From: Candidatus Bathyarchaeota archaeon B26-2
GTDB taxonomy: Archaea > Thermoproteota > Bathyarchaeia > Bathyarchaeales > B26-1
Direction of reading: 5' to 3'
Assembly: GCA_001593935.1 (NCBI GenBank)
Contig: LUCE01000001.1
Coordinates: 430 to 64,429, forward strand
DNA length: 64,000 bases
How positions within the stretch are numbered: the stretch's first letter is position 1; each line of letters starts with the position of its first letter. A program made the position numbers and the translations under genes. This document shows, one piece after another, positions 28,788-38,626 of this stretch. Under the pieces are notes generated by a model. The model was not told the DNA's origin. It saw only the letters and a program-made list of their open reading frames with translations, and ran no database searches.

Positions 28788-29777
28788 TTACTTTGCGGAG
28801 AATCGGATACGTGGGTCAAGCCTGCTGTAGAGCAGGTCGGCGACGAAGTTTGACACCACGACGGCTATCGTTATCAGTAGGAAGCAGCCCGTCATAAGCG
28901 TCCAGTCTCTCACCCTCAGGGCGTATGAGAGGTAGCTACCTATTCCAGGATAGGAAAAGATTGTCTCGACAAATACGACCCCGCCGAACATATACCCTAT
29001 CGAGATGGCGAACCTCGTGAAGAGAGGCAATATAGCGTTCCTTCCAACATACGTCAAGGATATCCTTCGGTCTGGCAGCCCCCTAGCCTTGGCAGCCACA
29101 ACGTAGTATTCCCCGAGGACGGATACCGTGTTACTCTTCATGGCGAGCATCCACCCTCCAAACGTCGTCACAATGTACGTGATGACGGGGAGAGCAGCAT
29201 GGTAAAGGACACTTCCTATAAACTGGAGCGTAAAACCGGGTGTTACACCTCCGCCGTAAGGACCATAAGCAGGGAAGAGACGCAGCTGAACGGCCAAGAA
29301 AACCACAAACACGACTCCAATAATATATGGGGGGATAGACCGTGAGATCGAGGCGAAGACTGAGATTGAATGGTCGAAGAGCGAACCTCTCCTATAGGCC
29401 GCGTAGACCCCTAAAGCAACCCCTAGAGCGAAGCTCAGGAGAAGGGAGATCGAAACGATGAAGACTGTCCATGGGATGGCGAATCCCAGAATCTGGGCTA
29501 CGGAGGTTGCTAAAGAAACGGACCTCCCAAGGTCCCCACGAAGAAGTGCCTTCCAGTAATCAATGTACTGTATATGCAAGGGCTGGTCAGGCATGTAGCC
29601 TATAATTGAATGGACGGCTGTGAGAGCCTCTCTATAGGAGTATCCCTCCATCAGATACTCTTGAATTAAGGTATCGATGGGGTTTCCAGGCATAATTCGT
29701 ACTATAAAGAAGGTGACGGATACAGAGATAAAAATGGTGAGGACAAGGTTGATTATTCTCCTCACTACCCAGTTCAT
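28788..29777 (-). CDS. Opp/Dpp-type ABC permease (DppB-like)
   Basis: EYYVVAAKARGLPDRRI motif and 6 TM segments. Confidence 0.8.
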   Translation of the reverse strand: MNWVVRRIINLVLTIFISVSVTFFIVRIMPGNPIDTLIQEYLMEGYSYREALTAVHSIIGYMPDQPLHIQYIDYWKALLRGDLGRSVSLATSVAQILGFAIPWTVFIVSISLLLSFALGVALGVYAAYRRGSLFDHSISVFASISRSIPPYIIGVVFVVFLAVQLRLFPAYGPYGGGVTPGFTLQFIGSVLYHAALPVITYIVTTFGGWMLAMKSNTVSVLGEYYVVAAKARGLPDRRISLTYVGRNAILPLFTRFAISIGYMFGGVVFVETIFSYPGIGSYLSYALRVRDWTLMTGCFLLITIAVVVSNFVADLLYSRLDPRIRFSAK

Positions 29778-29823
29778 ATCACGTTTATAAAAAAAGGAGG
29801 GTGTTATTAAATTTTTCTTGGTC

Positions 29824-31947
29824 TTAGCGCCTCGTTAGGAAGATTGCTATAGCAATGATTATAGCTGCGATTACCGCGCCAACTCCTGCGTAGAGTCCGT
29901 ATGGTGGCGGTGGAGGCGCAAGCTTCTCAAAGACGGCTATGAGTTCATGATGAGTATCCATCGTGACAGTGTACGTCTCGGTCATGCTGACCTGCTTCCC
30001 ATCGAGTAGCCAGTATTTGAATTCGTATCCTTCTGCTGGCGTGGCAGAGACAGTAACGGTTTCTCCCTTCACGTAGGAGTATTCTCCTGAGGCAGGAGTC
30101 GTCGTTCCAGCTTCAGACGGCGTAACGGATACCGTTAAGCGGAACTTTGGCTTGAGAAGACCCCACCTGAAGAGGTAGCTGAGCCCATGTGTCATGTATG
30201 ATGCGAGGCTGTTCCAGTACGTAGTATCATCAGGCGACGGCCATCCAGCGAACTTCTCCGAGTTCATCGCTATTATCACAGGTCGGGTGAAGAGGCTTAT
30301 CTTGGGCAGGTAGTATCCAGATACGAAGGTGAGTATCGCACGGAACTCATCCCGCTCCTCTTCTGTGATGCCGGCTGGGAACGTCTGAAGCCTCAACGTG
30401 AGGTCCGTAACGTTGACTGGCTCCTCTCTCCACGGAACGGTAACCATATCCGGGAATCCACATCCCGGGAACAACGTGCTATACTTGACGTACATCTCAT
30501 CGAACATGAAGTCGGGGCTGGCGACTCCAAAGAACTCGCAGATGTAGTATCTGCCCATGTAGAATGGACCATCAGCGGCGAACCACGTGCTAGACTCTAC
30601 GAGCCTCACTGTCAATTTGATCCCTACCTCTTCAAGCATCGTCGCTACAGCTTCCATCGCCTCTGGAACTAGCCAATTTCCAGATCCGAGGAACTCAAAC
30701 TCTAGGTTGGTGCCGTTGGGGAACTCTCTTATTCCGTCGCCGTTTGTATCTATGAAGCCTAGGTTGTCGAGGATCTCGTTTGCTTTAGTTACGTTATAAT
30801 CGTAGCGGAAATCGTAGGTTGGGCCTTTTATGTACTCATTTATGAACGTCTCGTTGAGCGTTGTCTCTAGATAATAGGTTGAGAAGCCTAACTGGTACTC
30901 CTCGGGAAATGCACCTATCGGATACTGTATTAGAGCCAGCGCCGTCCTGTTTATAGCGTACGCTATCGCCCACTTGAACTCTGTGATGTTGAATGGGTAC
31001 CTCTTGTAGTTGAAGTAGATCGCGGGTCCAAGCGGTCTACGAATCGATACCAGCGTAAACCAAGGACATTCATTCTTTAACTTATCGTAGTACTCAGGGG
31101 TGGGTGTTCCCCAGTACCAGTCTACCTCACCAGCCAATCTGAGGGACCACGCCACGTCTGGAGACTTCACGTTCGTTATACGAACCTCATCTATTGGCGG
31201 GACGCCTCCCCAGTAGTCTGCGAACTTCTCGAGGATTATCTCGGTGGCAGTCACGCTCTTCACATAGTATGGACCCGTACCGATGAATGTTGATGGCCTG
31301 AATGCTTTAAGGTCCTCTATTATATCTTGGAATGCTGTTTCGTTGGTGAAGATATCGTAGCCCTCATCGATCTTGGCCAGAACCCTATCAGAGAACTGTT
31401 TGTATTGGGTGGATGGAAGCACGGAGAAGTGCCACAGAACGTAGAAGGGCACATAGTCGTTGGGTTCTTTCATGTAGAAAACTAACGTGTAGTCATCTAC
31501 CTTTGTTATGTTCTCGAGGTACTTCCACGGCCTCATCTTGAAGAGGTAGACTCCACTGTAGTAGGTTGCAATCACGTCATCGGCTGTCAGTTCATGCCGG
31601 TCGTGGAATAACACCCCTTTCCTAAGATGTAGAGTGAAGGTCATGTAATCTTCGGAGATTGTCCAGTTCTCCGCTACGCCCGGAATATAGCTACCGTTCG
31701 CCAAGTAGTAATGCGTCATCGGTTCGACAACGAGGTCTCTCCACCCGCCCATGATGGCGCCATGTACGAAGACGTTGAAGTGCCCCACTGGCGGAGGGTT
31801 GTAGCTGGCAATTATATTGAAGACCGTCTTCGTTTCCTCTTGTGCTGCTGATGGAGCGACCTGGAGAAGCAACGGAGCAACCAACATCACCAATAGTAGA
31901 ATAGTTGAGACTCTTGTTACAAGTGACTCTTCTTTCATATAAATCAC
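29824..31947 (-). CDS. Family-5 ABC substrate-binding protein with C-terminal beta-sandwich, PPPP linker and TM anchor
   Basis: 707 aa: signal peptide, SBP_bac_5-like body, then ...APPPPPYGLYAGVGAVIAAIIIAIAIFLTRR. Confidence 0.75.
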   Translation of the reverse strand: MIYMKEESLVTRVSTILLLVMLVAPLLLQVAPSAAQEETKTVFNIIASYNPPPVGHFNVFVHGAIMGGWRDLVVEPMTHYYLANGSYIPGVAENWTISEDYMTFTLHLRKGVLFHDRHELTADDVIATYYSGVYLFKMRPWKYLENITKVDDYTLVFYMKEPNDYVPFYVLWHFSVLPSTQYKQFSDRVLAKIDEGYDIFTNETAFQDIIEDLKAFRPSTFIGTGPYYVKSVTATEIILEKFADYWGGVPPIDEVRITNVKSPDVAWSLRLAGEVDWYWGTPTPEYYDKLKNECPWFTLVSIRRPLGPAIYFNYKRYPFNITEFKWAIAYAINRTALALIQYPIGAFPEEYQLGFSTYYLETTLNETFINEYIKGPTYDFRYDYNVTKANEILDNLGFIDTNGDGIREFPNGTNLEFEFLGSGNWLVPEAMEAVATMLEEVGIKLTVRLVESSTWFAADGPFYMGRYYICEFFGVASPDFMFDEMYVKYSTLFPGCGFPDMVTVPWREEPVNVTDLTLRLQTFPAGITEEERDEFRAILTFVSGYYLPKISLFTRPVIIAMNSEKFAGWPSPDDTTYWNSLASYMTHGLSYLFRWGLLKPKFRLTVSVTPSEAGTTTPASGEYSYVKGETVTVSATPAEGYEFKYWLLDGKQVSMTETYTVTMDTHHELIAVFEKLAPPPPPYGLYAGVGAVIAAIIIAIAIFLTRR

Positions 31948-32447
31948 CTTTAAACTAGAGTAATCTATATTGTTACTTAAGTTTTGCGGTATTTTTGGGG
32001 TTGTGACAACTTAATATGTAAAGTTTTTGGGTTTCTGTCTAGATATTCTTCCCACGTCTAACGTTAATGTTCTTATTGAGAATCTCTCATTGTTCCAAGT
32101 AAATAATAGTTCCATGAACTTTTCTGAAGTTAAACCGTATATTCTAGACATTTAGTCTAATGGAAGGACGGGTGAGGCACTCTCAAGTTCTCTAAAGCAA
32201 GGCTGTCATGTAGAAAGGGATTATCAAGACGAGAGTGGTCTCTCTTCAGAGAAGGAGAGCCGGAGACCCCTCACTGTCAACGAGGTTGCGTCAAAGTTAA
32301 CGCGGCAAAATCGAATCTACTTATCCCTACACACCGAAAGAAACGATCTCATATTTTATGAAGATTACCAAGTAACAATGAATCTCAGAACCGAACAGGA
32401 GGCTGAAATTCATAAAAGGTGAAGCCTTATAGTTGTATTTGCTTAAT

Positions 32448-33455
32448 TTAGAGGAATCTCTCTGCGAAGTGGCATGCAACTTTTCTGGAACCTAATATCC
32501 TCATCTCGGGAACCTTCTCTTCGCATATCTTCTCTGAGTAGGGACATCTTGTGTGGAAGGCGCATCCGGGGGGAATCTCTGTGGGTTTCGGCAATTCTAG
32601 GCTCTTGAGAGGTGGAATTCCCCTCTTTCGCGTTAATTCAGGGTCGGGTATAGGTGTTGACGACACTAAGGCTTGTGTGTAGGGGTGGATCGGATGTTGA
32701 ACGATCTCTTCCCCTCCGCCGACCTCCACGATCCTACCTAGATACATTACACCTATCTCGCCACCTCCCTTCAAAGTGAAATACCTAGCTATCGCCAGGT
32801 CGTGAGTGATGAAGAGGTAAGAGGTCTTGAATTCCCTCTGCAGGTCTAGCATTAGATCGATTATGCCAAGTCTGAGGGAAGCATCTAACATCGAGGTAAC
32901 CTCGTCCGCCATGATAAATTTTGGGTATATCGATATCGCTCTCGCTATTGCTACCCTTTGCATCTGTCCGCCGCTCATCCTTGACGGATACCTATTCAGA
33001 AAATCTTCGGGCGGGTTCAATCCGACTTTTAAGAGGAGCTTCTTCTCTATCTCGATGGCTTCTTCCTTACTTCTGGCTATGCGGTGATGCAGGAGGGGTG
33101 GGGCCAACGATTGATGAATCGTCCTAACAGGGTTTAATGTTGAATAGGGGTCTTGATGGATTATCTGGGCGTTCCGGCGGAACTCGCGGAACTCCTTTCT
33201 ACTCATCTTCCATATATCTTTACCCTCGAAAAGAATCCTTCCAGAGGACGGCTTGAGCAGACCTAACATGAGCCTTCCAAGGGTGCTCTTTCCACACCCG
33301 CTCTCACCTACTATCGTAAAGTTTCTTTTTTCCCTTATCGCTAATGAAACGTCATTAACCGCTTTTATAAACCCCTTTTTGAAGAGACCAGTCCGGACCT
33401 CAAATATCTTCGAGAGATTCTGGGCTTCGATCAGAGCGTCACTGTTATTCTTCAT
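32448..33455 (-). CDS. Oligopeptide/dipeptide ABC ATP-binding protein (OppF-type)
   Basis: GESGCGKST, MSGGQMQR, HPYT...PPGCAFHTRCP. Confidence 0.85.
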   Translation of the reverse strand: MKNNSDALIEAQNLSKIFEVRTGLFKKGFIKAVNDVSLAIREKRNFTIVGESGCGKSTLGRLMLGLLKPSSGRILFEGKDIWKMSRKEFREFRRNAQIIHQDPYSTLNPVRTIHQSLAPPLLHHRIARSKEEAIEIEKKLLLKVGLNPPEDFLNRYPSRMSGGQMQRVAIARAISIYPKFIMADEVTSMLDASLRLGIIDLMLDLQREFKTSYLFITHDLAIARYFTLKGGGEIGVMYLGRIVEVGGGEEIVQHPIHPYTQALVSSTPIPDPELTRKRGIPPLKSLELPKPTEIPPGCAFHTRCPYSEKICEEKVPEMRILGSRKVACHFAERFL

Positions 33456-34407
33456 TTATTTCCCTCCATCTATGACACGCTATCACCCTTCCATTCTCTA
33501 GCTTCTCATGTTTCGGCCGTATCTTAGAGCATATGTCCTTCCTATACGGACATCGAGGATGAAATCTACAGCCGGGAGGTAAGTTAACGGGGTCAGGTAA
33601 GGGTCCGGGTATGGGTTTAAACTTGCTGACGTCCCCAACGAGACTTGGAACGGACCTTATAAGGGCCTTCGTGTATGGATGGATTGGGTCGTAAAACACT
33701 TCGTTGATCTTACCTATCTCCACTATGTCTCCACTATACATAACTGCGATCCTGTCAGCTATCTCGGCCTCTACAGCCAAGTCATGCGTTATGAATAACA
33801 TCGTAATATCTGTCTTCTCCTTTATTTCAGCGAGCATTCTCACCATGTACTTTTGGGTTAACATATCTAGCGATGAGGTAGGCTCGTCGAGTATGAGCAA
33901 TTTAGGTTTCAGCAGCATCGCTAAGGCCGAGACTACCCTCTGCTTCATTCCCCCACTTAACTCGTGGGGATATCGAGGTAACACCAATTTACCGTCTAGC
34001 CTAAGCGTCTCCAAAAGAGACGCTGCTCTTCTCCAAATCTCTTCTTCATCAGCTCTCTCATGTGCAAGCACCGTGTCATACATATGATCCTCAACTTTGA
34101 GGATAGGATTCAGAGAGTTCAACGCACCTTGGAATACTATAGCGACGTCTCTCCATCGATATTCCCTAAGCTCTTTCTCACTGAACGAGAAGACGTCCCT
34201 GCCTTCAAACAGAATCTTTCCACTTCTTATTATCTCATTTGGGTCAGTAAGTCTCAGTATGGCGTGGGCTAATACCGACTTTCCACATCCACTTTCACCG
34301 ACGAGTCCAAGAACTTCACCTTTGTAGATCTCGAGATTTAAGTTATCCACTGCACGTAGGAGTCCCCTACGAACCTTGAAATCGATGACGAGCCCTCTGA
34401 CTTCCAA
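33445..34407 (-). CDS. Oligopeptide/dipeptide ABC ATP-binding protein (OppD-type)
   Basis: GESGCGKS, LSGGMKQR, ILDEPTSSLD, HPYT...PPGCRFHPRCP. TTG start. Confidence 0.85.
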   Translation of the reverse strand: MEVRGLVIDFKVRRGLLRAVDNLNLEIYKGEVLGLVGESGCGKSVLAHAILRLTDPNEIIRSGKILFEGRDVFSFSEKELREYRWRDVAIVFQGALNSLNPILKVEDHMYDTVLAHERADEEEIWRRAASLLETLRLDGKLVLPRYPHELSGGMKQRVVSALAMLLKPKLLILDEPTSSLDMLTQKYMVRMLAEIKEKTDITMLFITHDLAVEAEIADRIAVMYSGDIVEIGKINEVFYDPIHPYTKALIRSVPSLVGDVSKFKPIPGPLPDPVNLPPGCRFHPRCPYRKDICSKIRPKHEKLENGRVIACHRWREINEE

Positions 34408-34628
34408 GATCGTTTTGGGCAGCGTCAGCCACCTTTTTTAGCTCTTAGTTTTAAATTTAGCCTACCGTAGAATTATATATATTCTATTTCATAAACTTTT
34501 TTTGGACACCCAGTAACATCTTCTCTGTTCATCTTCCCGACAACTCATCACGAGGCGTTTATGGGTCTGCTTAGAAATATAAGTTTAGACTGTGAGATAA
34601 TGAACTTGACTCGGAGAGGCGTGGACTT

Positions 34629-35684
34629 ATGGAGGCGTCGGAACCTCGTTACGTCGCTTTTGGGTGTAGGTCTTCGACGTTGCAGAGCCGGGTTGTAGAG
34701 GCTTTGATGAAGCCAGAGGCGTATGATGAGGAACCGGGGCGGATCGAGCTAGTCCAGACCCACATATCCTTCGTCTTCTTGACTAGAAGGTTCGTTTATA
34801 AGGTGAAGAAGGCTGTGAACTTGGGGTTCTTGGACTTTACAACCCTTGAGAAGAGGCGTTTCTTCTGTGAAAGGGAGCTGGAGCTCAACAGACGGTTATG
34901 CGGAGACATGTACATCGAGGTCGTTCCGATAAACATGTTAGACCACGTTATCAAGATAAAGGGCAGAGGAAAGACTGTTGAGTACGCTGTGAAGATGAAG
35001 AGGATGCCCCAGGAGCGTATTATGAGCAGGCTCCTCGAAGAGAACAAAGTGGACTGCAACATCATCGACGGGATTGCAAAGCTCATCTCGGACTTCCATT
35101 CAAAAGCTGAAACGAACGAAAGGATAAGCAAATTTGGATCATTGGAGGTGATCAAAACCAACTGGAAGGAAAACTTCGATCAGACTCGGGAGTTCATCGG
35201 CAGAACCATATCCTTAGACGAGTTTAGGTTGATCCAAGAGAGAGTCTACGATTTCATGGAGAGGAATGCTTCCCTCTTCGAGGAGAGAGTGAGGAGAGGC
35301 CGGATCAGAGACTGTCATGGAGATATGCATTCTGGGAACATCTTCGTCACGGACGGAATCTATATCTTCGACGCGATAGAGTTCAACGAGAGATTTAGGT
35401 ATTCGGATGTCGCCTCGGAGGTCGCCTTCTTGGCTATGGATTTGGACTTCAAGGGGCGAACCGATCTCTCCAACTTCTTCGTTGAGAAGTACGTCAAATA
35501 CTCTGGAGACCGAGAGCTGACGAGGGTTCTCCCATTCTACAAATGCTACAGAGCCTACGTGAAGGGAAAGGTCACCAGCTTCAAACTTAGAGACCCAAAC
35601 ATAGATGGTAAGGAAAAGAGCGTCGCAGAGAAGGACGCAAAGGCATACTTCAAACTGGCCTCTAGATACGCGGATTCCCTTTAA
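34629..35684 (+). CDS. Aminoglycoside-phosphotransferase-like (APH/ePK-like) kinase domain protein
   Basis: VQTHISFVFLTRRFVYKVKKAVNLGFLDFTTLEKRRFFCERELELNRRL matches the conserved N-terminus of the bacterial 'bifunctional aminoglycoside phosphotransferase/ATP-binding' proteins. Catalytic loop HGDMHSGNIF, then IFDAIEF. Confidence 0.65.
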   Translation: MEASEPRYVAFGCRSSTLQSRVVEALMKPEAYDEEPGRIELVQTHISFVFLTRRFVYKVKKAVNLGFLDFTTLEKRRFFCERELELNRRLCGDMYIEVVPINMLDHVIKIKGRGKTVEYAVKMKRMPQERIMSRLLEENKVDCNIIDGIAKLISDFHSKAETNERISKFGSLEVIKTNWKENFDQTREFIGRTISLDEFRLIQERVYDFMERNASLFEERVRRGRIRDCHGDMHSGNIFVTDGIYIFDAIEFNERFRYSDVASEVAFLAMDLDFKGRTDLSNFFVEKYVKYSGDRELTRVLPFYKCYRAYVKGKVTSFKLRDPNIDGKEKSVAEKDAKAYFKLASRYADSL

Positions 35685-35695
35685 GCGTGTGAAGC

Positions 35696-36565
35696 TTAGA
35701 ATCTGAACTGTTCAGCCACGTAATCGGGTATTTTCACCGTTCCCATTATGATTGGTTTTTGATGGCAGTCGCTTCCGCCCGTCATGATCAGCCCATGCCT
35801 CTTCGCGAATCTTATATAATGGTTCGTCGTTTGGGCGTCGTTCCTAGAGTGCCAACACTCGACGCCGTCGATGCAGTCCAGAAGCGCCTCTTCTATTATC
35901 TCCGTCTGTTTCTGCAGGGACCCCGTCAGCTTCACGAGTGAGATTCCGTGGGGATCATTAGGGTGGGCTAGGACCGTGATCCCTCCGGCGTCTCTGATGA
36001 GTCTCGAAGCCTCTTCTGGGTAGAGAGGGTACTTGGGTACGTTGCATTTCACGAGATACTTATCGAAGGCTTCTTGTTTGGTCTTAACGATTCCCTTTTT
36101 TACTAGGTGGTTCGCTATGTGGGGCCGGCCGATCACCCCGTCAACAGAGGCTCGAATCTCCTCGAGGTCCTCCCTCGTTAACTTCTCGATCCCTTCTTTC
36201 TCGAGTTCCACATTGATCTTCTCCAGAATCTTTGCTGCTCTCTCCTCTCGGTATGCCCTAATCTCCCTAAGTTTGTCCCTAAGCCTCTTGTCCCTTACGT
36301 CGAACTGGTAACCTAGAAGGTCCAGAGAGATCGGTCTTCCACCTCGATATCCGGGGTGCGAGAAGGTTATGTTCAACTCGACCCCGGTGATGTAACGGAT
36401 TCCGTTCTTCTCCGCCGCGGTTATGGCTTCTTCTTGGCAGTCGATGGAGTCGTGGTCGGTAATCGAGATGAACCCAATCTTTCTTGCCTTAGCTTCTTTA
36501 ATAATCTCTTCAGCGGTTAGGTTTCCGTCGGAGCAGTTTGAGTGGATATGTAAGTCTATTATCAT
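35696..36565 (-). CDS. PHP-domain phosphoesterase, TrpH/YciV-like
   Basis: IDLHIHSNCSDG, ISITDHDS, GVE, LAHP, GGSDCH metal-ligand motifs. 289 aa. Confidence 0.75.
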   Translation of the reverse strand: MIIDLHIHSNCSDGNLTAEEIIKEAKARKIGFISITDHDSIDCQEEAITAAEKNGIRYITGVELNITFSHPGYRGGRPISLDLLGYQFDVRDKRLRDKLREIRAYREERAAKILEKINVELEKEGIEKLTREDLEEIRASVDGVIGRPHIANHLVKKGIVKTKQEAFDKYLVKCNVPKYPLYPEEASRLIRDAGGITVLAHPNDPHGISLVKLTGSLQKQTEIIEEALLDCIDGVECWHSRNDAQTTNHYIRFAKRHGLIMTGGSDCHQKPIIMGTVKIPDYVAEQFRF

Positions 36566-36582
36566 GACGAAACGTGGTCCAG

Positions 36583-37212
36583 TTACCTTTTCTCCATCCC
36601 GATTATGTACCAGTCTTCGGGTGGGTCACGCTCTGTGTCGACCGTCAAGTGGACTATTCTGAGGTTTGGGTACCTCTTCTTCAAGTCGTCCAGGTCGACG
36701 GGTTCAAACATCTTCTTGTTGTTAAGGTAGGCTTGTCTAGTTAAGGCGTTCGACTCGTACTTCTCTTTGGTTCTTCTCAGAATCCTCGCAATGGATACCT
36801 CTTCAGAGCAATGGGTCTGGAGAATGACGAAGGTCATGTTATGCTTCGCAGCGATCTCGGCTGCGCGTCTCCGAAGCTTCTGAGTGACGAAAGTGGCGTC
36901 CAAGATCACGCCTTCATGCTTCTCTGCAAGGGCGTCAGCCCGCCGGAACATCTCATAGTAGACGAGCTCCCGCTTACTCATATTCGACGCAACCTTCTCG
37001 TCGGAGATATCCTCGTTCTTGAGGACCTCCAGCCGTATCAGGTCGGTTCTGAGGATTGGAAATCCCTTGATCTTCGATATCCTCCGCGAGGCCCCAGTCT
37101 TACCCGTACCCGGGAGCCCACAAGTGATCAGTAGGGTGCCGGGCTTCAATTCGGACTCGATAAATTTTGTAAAAAGTTCCCTCAACCGGTTGCGCCTCTC
37201 TTTCTCTATCAA
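36583..37212 (-). CDS. P-loop kinase-like ATPase (AAA_33/zeta-PNK-like)
   Basis: Walker A GLPGTGKTG and ILDATF. 209 aa. Lies 17 nt upstream of the PHP gene on the same strand. Confidence 0.65.
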   Translation of the reverse strand: MIEKERRNRLRELFTKFIESELKPGTLLITCGLPGTGKTGASRRISKIKGFPILRTDLIRLEVLKNEDISDEKVASNMSKRELVYYEMFRRADALAEKHEGVILDATFVTQKLRRRAAEIAAKHNMTFVILQTHCSEEVSIARILRRTKEKYESNALTRQAYLNNKKMFEPVDLDDLKKRYPNLRIVHLTVDTERDPPEDWYIIGMEKR

Positions 37213-37351
37213 TCAACTTAATAAAATGGTATTAAACTTTTCCGTCACCTAATTCCTCACAGGATTCTTCCGAAAAAATAGAGGGAGGGACGCCAAAAAC
37301 GTCCGTGAAATTGGTCAGGCATCGTCATAGGATCGAGGTCTCCGGAAGTAG

Positions 37352-38485
37352 ATGTACTTAATTTGTATGAGAGGCTCTAAAAATTGTAAAGCATGTGCTA
37401 AAATTGGGTGGGATACCGTGTACGAGAGGGGTCTTTCAGCTCTATACTTGGAGGAGTCTGATAGGGTTGCCCAGATCGAGTATATTGCGCATACGGGGTT
37501 GATATCGAAGTTGTACGGGGGAGACCCATTTAGGTCTCCGAGGGAGGCGTTAGCTAGGACATATGAGAAACTAGATACCGATATGGTGTGGTGGACACTG
37601 CAGTCTTATAGTCCTTATGAGCGGGCTAAAGAGAGGGGTGAGGCCTTCATGGTTAGAGCGGACTCTTGGTCGAACCTCTTTCCGTCAACTTGGAGGGTCG
37701 ACTTCCCCGTGAACTCGGTTGAAGATGTGTTGAGTTATGAACCTGAAGATGAGGTGGATTTGAGCAGTGATAGGTTTGATGAGGTTGTCAACTATTTTAG
37801 TAGGGAGCATAAAAAGACCCAAGAACTCTTTAAGAACCAATTGGTTCCTGGAGGATACTACTGCACGACCTTCATGTGGCCCGTTATGACCTTTGGGCTA
37901 GAGTGGACCCTCAAGGCAGCCCTTCGAGACCCGAAAAGGTTTGAGAATCTTCTGAATAAGTTCGCAGCGATCTCTTTGAGGGACTTTAAGGCTTGGTCCC
38001 AATGCGACATTAAGGCGTTCATAAGTCACGACGATATCTGCATGACGGAGGGACCTATGGTCTCCCCTGAATGGCTTCGTCGATACATCTTTCCTTGGTA
38101 TAAGAGGTTGTGGCACGAGTTAAAGAGCAAAGACATAATAGTGCTCTTCTGCTCTGACGGAAATATAACCCCTATTGTCGACGACTTGGTAGAGGCTGGC
38201 GCCGACGGCTTCATAATGGAACCTAGCTGCGACCTCGAGCTCATTACGGAAAGATATGGAGAAGACAAGGTTTTAGTGGGCAACGTCGATTTGAAGGCCC
38301 TAACCTTCGGTGACAAAAGATCGATCTTTAACGAGGTCATGCGCTGTTTGAGAACCTCGGGTCACTGCCCCGGCTACTTCATCAACGTAACGGGCTCAAT
38401 ACCAGACAATGTACCCCTCAAAAACCTCGAATTTTACTTCAAAACATGCAAAAAATACGGACGTAGACCACTAAGAATTAAATAG
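37352..38485 (+). CDS. Uroporphyrinogen-decarboxylase (URO-D)-like family protein, paralog C
   Basis: The C-terminal half has the URO-D-like pattern (SHDDICMTEGPMVSPEWLRRYIFPWYKRLW...FCSDGNITPIVDDLVEAGADGF). Start uncertain: in-frame GTG at 37418. Confidence 0.6.
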   Translation: MYLICMRGSKNCKACAKIGWDTVYERGLSALYLEESDRVAQIEYIAHTGLISKLYGGDPFRSPREALARTYEKLDTDMVWWTLQSYSPYERAKERGEAFMVRADSWSNLFPSTWRVDFPVNSVEDVLSYEPEDEVDLSSDRFDEVVNYFSREHKKTQELFKNQLVPGGYYCTTFMWPVMTFGLEWTLKAALRDPKRFENLLNKFAAISLRDFKAWSQCDIKAFISHDDICMTEGPMVSPEWLRRYIFPWYKRLWHELKSKDIIVLFCSDGNITPIVDDLVEAGADGFIMEPSCDLELITERYGEDKVLVGNVDLKALTFGDKRSIFNEVMRCLRTSGHCPGYFINVTGSIPDNVPLKNLEFYFKTCKKYGRRPLRIK

Positions 38486-38626
38486 CATGATTTAAGGTGA
38501 GAGCCGTCCGCGTTAGGGGAAGCCAACGGTTCGAAAGGGTTCTATGATGGTTGCTTGGCCATATCTCTTTTATTCCAATGAGATGATAAATTAGAATTTG
38601 ATTGAATCTATTGGAACGGTTTACGG

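Noticed and set aside
38528-38565. GGTTCGAAAGGG T-loop-like string between the URO-D-like gene and the deaminase gene.
   Set aside because: The flanking bases cannot form a T-stem or an acceptor stem, so this is not a tRNA.
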